64,000 nucleotides of DNA from a candidate division WWE3 bacterium (GTDB lineage: Bacteria; Patescibacteriota; WWE3; UBA101185; UBA10185), in contig QZJF01000016.1 in the NCBI GenBank assembly GCA_003599255.1, positions 863 through 64,862 on the forward strand. The letters run 5' to 3'. Positions 57,831 to 64,000 of this stretch are shown piece after piece (positions within the stretch are counted from its first letter, which is position 1; the number at the start of each line of letters is the position of its first letter). A model generated the notes under the pieces. It saw only the letters and a program-made list of their open reading frames with translations, did no database searches and had not been told where the DNA came from. The position numbers and the translations under genes are program-made.

Positions 57831-58829
57831 ATGAAACAATACCCCAAAGTAGTAGTTATAGGCGGAGGAACAGGAACATATGCTGTTCTTTCGGGTTTAA
57901 AGAAATATCCGGTCCATTTATCTGCAATTGTTACCATGATGGATTCCGGAGGTTCGACCGGAAGATTAAGAGACCAATTAGGTGTGCTGCCTCCAGGAGA
58001 TTTGAGACAGTCATTGGTAGCGCTTTCAGAATCTACTGAAATATGGAGAAACCTGTTCGCATATAGGTTTGATAACGGTGATCTGGAGGGGCACAATTTT
58101 GGAAACATATTTTTGTCGTCACTTGAGATGATAACTGGTTCAAATGAACGCGCTATTCATTACGCTGCAAGACTATTGAAGACAAAAGGAAAGGTAATTC
58201 CCGTTACGTTAACAAAATCCACTCTATGTGCAAAATATTCTGACGGAACAATCCTTGAAGGGGAAAAGCTAATAGATTACGCGCCGGCACCCAGAGCGCG
58301 TATAAATTATGTTTATCTTTCCCCTAGAGCCGTAATAAATCCTAACGCCAGAAAAGCCATAGAAACAGCCGATTTCTTGATATTCGGACCGGGAGACCTG
58401 TATACAAGCATTATTCCTAATTTAATAGTGGACGACATGGATGATGCAATTAGAAAAAGTAAAGCGAATAAAATATTTTGTATAAATTTAATGACTAAGT
58501 TGGGCCAGACTGATGGATTTAAGGCCTCCGATTTTGTCACTGAGCTATATAAGTACCTGGGCGGGGCAATGGTAGATTCTCTGGTTGTAAACAATAAAGA
58601 ACCGGATAAGGAAGTGGTAGATTGGTACGCACGATCGGGGGACGCATTCCTGGTTGAAGACGATCTTGATTCAATTGGCGGGGACATAGAGGTTTTTAGG
58701 GGAGATTTGCTTAGTGATACGCGCTATGAACAGTCTTTGTCTGATAGGATCCAAAGGAGCTTAATCCGACACGATCCGGACAAACTGGCAAAAGTGCTAT
58801 CCGAAGTTATCCAGAAAATCTTAGGTTGA
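57831..58829 (+). CDS. YvcK/CofD-like (UPF0052, gluconeogenesis factor family) protein
   Basis: N-terminal VVVIGGGTGTYAVLSGLK and family-typical length. Confidence 0.7.
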   Translation: MKQYPKVVVIGGGTGTYAVLSGLKKYPVHLSAIVTMMDSGGSTGRLRDQLGVLPPGDLRQSLVALSESTEIWRNLFAYRFDNGDLEGHNFGNIFLSSLEMITGSNERAIHYAARLLKTKGKVIPVTLTKSTLCAKYSDGTILEGEKLIDYAPAPRARINYVYLSPRAVINPNARKAIETADFLIFGPGDLYTSIIPNLIVDDMDDAIRKSKANKIFCINLMTKLGQTDGFKASDFVTELYKYLGGAMVDSLVVNNKEPDKEVVDWYARSGDAFLVEDDLDSIGGDIEVFRGDLLSDTRYEQSLSDRIQRSLIRHDPDKLAKVLSEVIQKILG

Positions 58830-59088
58830 CATCACTTTATACCGGTGCTAGAGTATCAGGTACGGAATGGGTAGTTCAACTTCCATATGGACTTTCTTTG
58901 CGTTTTTATGCGCAGGAATCTTAAAAAGATTCTTCAGGAAGCTCTGAATATCTATGTTTTAAACAATTGAATGTGAATAGTTTTACTTGTTGATTAAGTG
59001 TGCTACATTAGTGAGACCTGCAGTATGTTAGGCCAATGAGTGCATTCTCGGTCCTGCCTACGCGGGCTTGTACAGTCCCGTAAGTTTA

Positions 59089-59164
59089 CGGGCCTGTAGC
59101 TTAGTTGGTAGAGCGCCGCATTTGCATTGCGGAGGTCACGGGTTCGAATCCCGTCGGGTCCACC
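59089..59164 (+). tRNA. tRNA-Ala (anticodon UGC), CCA encoded
   Basis: G3·U70 identity pair. Anticodon loop TTTGCAT. T-loop GGTTCGAATCC. Confidence 0.9.
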
Positions 59165-59254
59165 AGATTAGTAAGTGCCCTTTGAAAACTGAATAAAAGT
59201 ATCTGATTTCGAAAGAAGTCAGGATACGAAAACTCTAAATTTTATGACAACAAT

Positions 59255-62385
<3,131 letters not shown>

Positions 62386-62514
62386 TATGAAGTCATAGAG
62401 AAGAGTTTTTGTATTCGGCTTTAGCCGCTTTACGCGCTTGCGCGAAAGGGGCCGGAGGCCACTTTTATTCAGTTTTTAGAGGGTACGAACATTAAAAATA
62501 AGTTTGTGTTCAGC

Positions 62515-62631
<117 letters not shown>

Positions 62632-62648
62632 ATTGGATACAAGCTTTT

Positions 62649-63011
62649 TTAGTTTTGAATCGGAGGTGTTACGGGTTGTGGTGTCTGGCTGCTGTTCCCG
62701 GAACGCGAGGTAAATGGTTCTTTCGGCAGCTTGCCGGAGCTCAACTTATCAAAATCCTTTTTCAATTCGTCCATTTGTTCTTCAAACATGGCGTTTTCAA
62801 ACTCCAAAGCATCATAGCCTTCAGCCCTGATCTCCATCTCCTGCACTCCCATAATGAAAGTTACAAGCGCGAAGATCAACATGTTAAGGTCATCTACATT
62901 GTTTCCGTCATAACTATCCAGGAAAACCTTAATCTCATCGATGAGGGGACTATCATAGTTAAGACTATTAATTAAGTTTTTTAATTTTTCTTTATCTTCC
63001 GGATTTAGCAT
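62649..63011 (-). CDS. hypothetical acidic protein
   Basis: 120-aa ORF. Confidence 0.35.
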   Translation of the reverse strand: MLNPEDKEKLKNLINSLNYDSPLIDEIKVFLDSYDGNNVDDLNMLIFALVTFIMGVQEMEIRAEGYDALEFENAMFEEQMDELKKDFDKLSSGKLPKEPFTSRSGNSSQTPQPVTPPIQN

Positions 63012-63013
63012 AA

Positions 63014-63961
63014 TTAAATTGTTACTCCTTTCCTTTGCAACATTTGATCTATTAGCTGTTCGGGATCGATATCCTCGTCACGAACCACTCTTGCCGCATA
63101 ACTCGAGACATGCTTTCGTATTCTGGCAATCTCTTTCGGATCTCCACCTGCTGTTATCTTTTCTACCAGCCACATAAAATCGGGGTTATTCATTATCGCT
63201 TCGTTTCTTGTTCTTGTTTCTTTTGCCTTCAGTGCTACCTCAGCCATAATCTGACTTCTTCTTTCCTGAGCTTGCTGAAGTTGCTCGTTGTATTGGGTAG
63301 TTAGTCTCTCCATTAACTCCCCCTTATATCTGTCTGATTCGGCTGCGCGGAGATCCCTGTCAAGCATTTGATCCCATCTTTCCCAGTGTTCCTGAGGCGT
63401 TACCCCATTATTATTTGTGAATTCTGTTTGATACGAGTCAAGAGTCATTTCTCCTCTTGCCAGTTTAGCCTGCAGTGAGTTATCCGCATATGCGCTGACA
63501 CGTCGGGTTCTCGTTTTTAACGGGCCTTTGTCTTTTTCACTTCGGTATTGCTCTCTTACATTCCTTCTTTCCTGGTATCCTTTGAAATCCTTTTCGGTCA
63601 TGAGTTCCATTTCTGATCTCGCGTTTAGATTAATACGATTGTTCTCGTATTTAAAAACCCCGGACAACACGGTATTGTCGTCTTCTGTTTTGCCGTTGTT
63701 CATGACAATTGTTACCGACACTTCGCCTGTAGGTTTCGCAACCAGTTTTGCAGGGTCCGGTTTATAAGTCTGGCCTTTCCTTTGGGCTTTCCAGGTAAGA
63801 TAATTATCTCTTTGTTTTTCAAGCCAGTTTCTCTTGTCATCGTATTCCATCACCTGCCTGATAAATATTTGCGGACCGTTTTCGTTACGGACAGCATCAA
63901 AGTCAATTTCCTGTCCTTCCGCCAATACCTTGGCAAATCCCAAGTGCAGTTCTTTTCTCAT
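63014..63961 (-). CDS. hypothetical charged/coiled-coil protein
   Basis: 315-aa ORF with ATG start. Confidence 0.4.
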   Translation of the reverse strand: MRKELHLGFAKVLAEGQEIDFDAVRNENGPQIFIRQVMEYDDKRNWLEKQRDNYLTWKAQRKGQTYKPDPAKLVAKPTGEVSVTIVMNNGKTEDDNTVLSGVFKYENNRINLNARSEMELMTEKDFKGYQERRNVREQYRSEKDKGPLKTRTRRVSAYADNSLQAKLARGEMTLDSYQTEFTNNNGVTPQEHWERWDQMLDRDLRAAESDRYKGELMERLTTQYNEQLQQAQERRSQIMAEVALKAKETRTRNEAIMNNPDFMWLVEKITAGGDPKEIARIRKHVSSYAARVVRDEDIDPEQLIDQMLQRKGVTI

Positions 63962-64000
63962 GGCGGCCTCTCCTTCGGGCTCGTTGGCTTTATCTCTATT

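Overview
Low-GC (~38%), compactly organised bacterial segment that looks like a Patescibacteria/CPR-type genome (inference).

Main content:
- A pentose-phosphate/glycolysis cluster (split transketolase, Rpe-LOG fusion, RpiB, class II aldolase, pfkB kinase, 2-hydroxyacid dehydrogenase).
- A minimal SUF Fe-S operon carrying its own ArsR-type regulator, with a DUF1858 protein and a ferredoxin appended.
- Housekeeping genes: TrpS, FtsH, MnmA, RecF, Fpg, Nth, ATP-dependent DNA ligase, Lgt.
- Seven tRNA genes.
- rRNA genes in an atypical layout: 16S, then about 4 kb carrying protein-coding genes and an antisense tRNA-Ile, then tRNA-Ala, 23S and 5S.

Most interesting candidates:
1. A compact graspetide (omega-ester RiPP) locus next to tRNA-Asn. 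It has an MdnC/MvdD-like ATP-grasp ligase directly downstream of a strong-RBS 41-aa precursor peptide with a Thr-rich then Asp/Glu-rich core, and a perfect intercistronic hairpin.
2. Two GC-rich (~50%) islands embedded in the AT-rich background:
   - A 1.1-kb ORF-less stretch with two promoter/terminator units and three extended Shine-Dalgarno sequences complementary to the 16S 3' tail.
   - A consensus-promoter-driven exported protein gene.
3. Unusual gene fusions: a MurF-like ligase fused to an alpha/beta-hydrolase (with a standalone paralog nearby), Rpe fused to a LOG-family domain, and an aminopropyltransferase-like domain fused to a SpeH-type AdoMet decarboxylase.
4. A tRNA-Ile with a UAU anticodon.
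5. A 23-nt duplication of the tRNA-Ile(GAU) 3' end, which looks like an att-site scar.

All functional calls are motif-based readings of the translated ORFs. No database searches were run.
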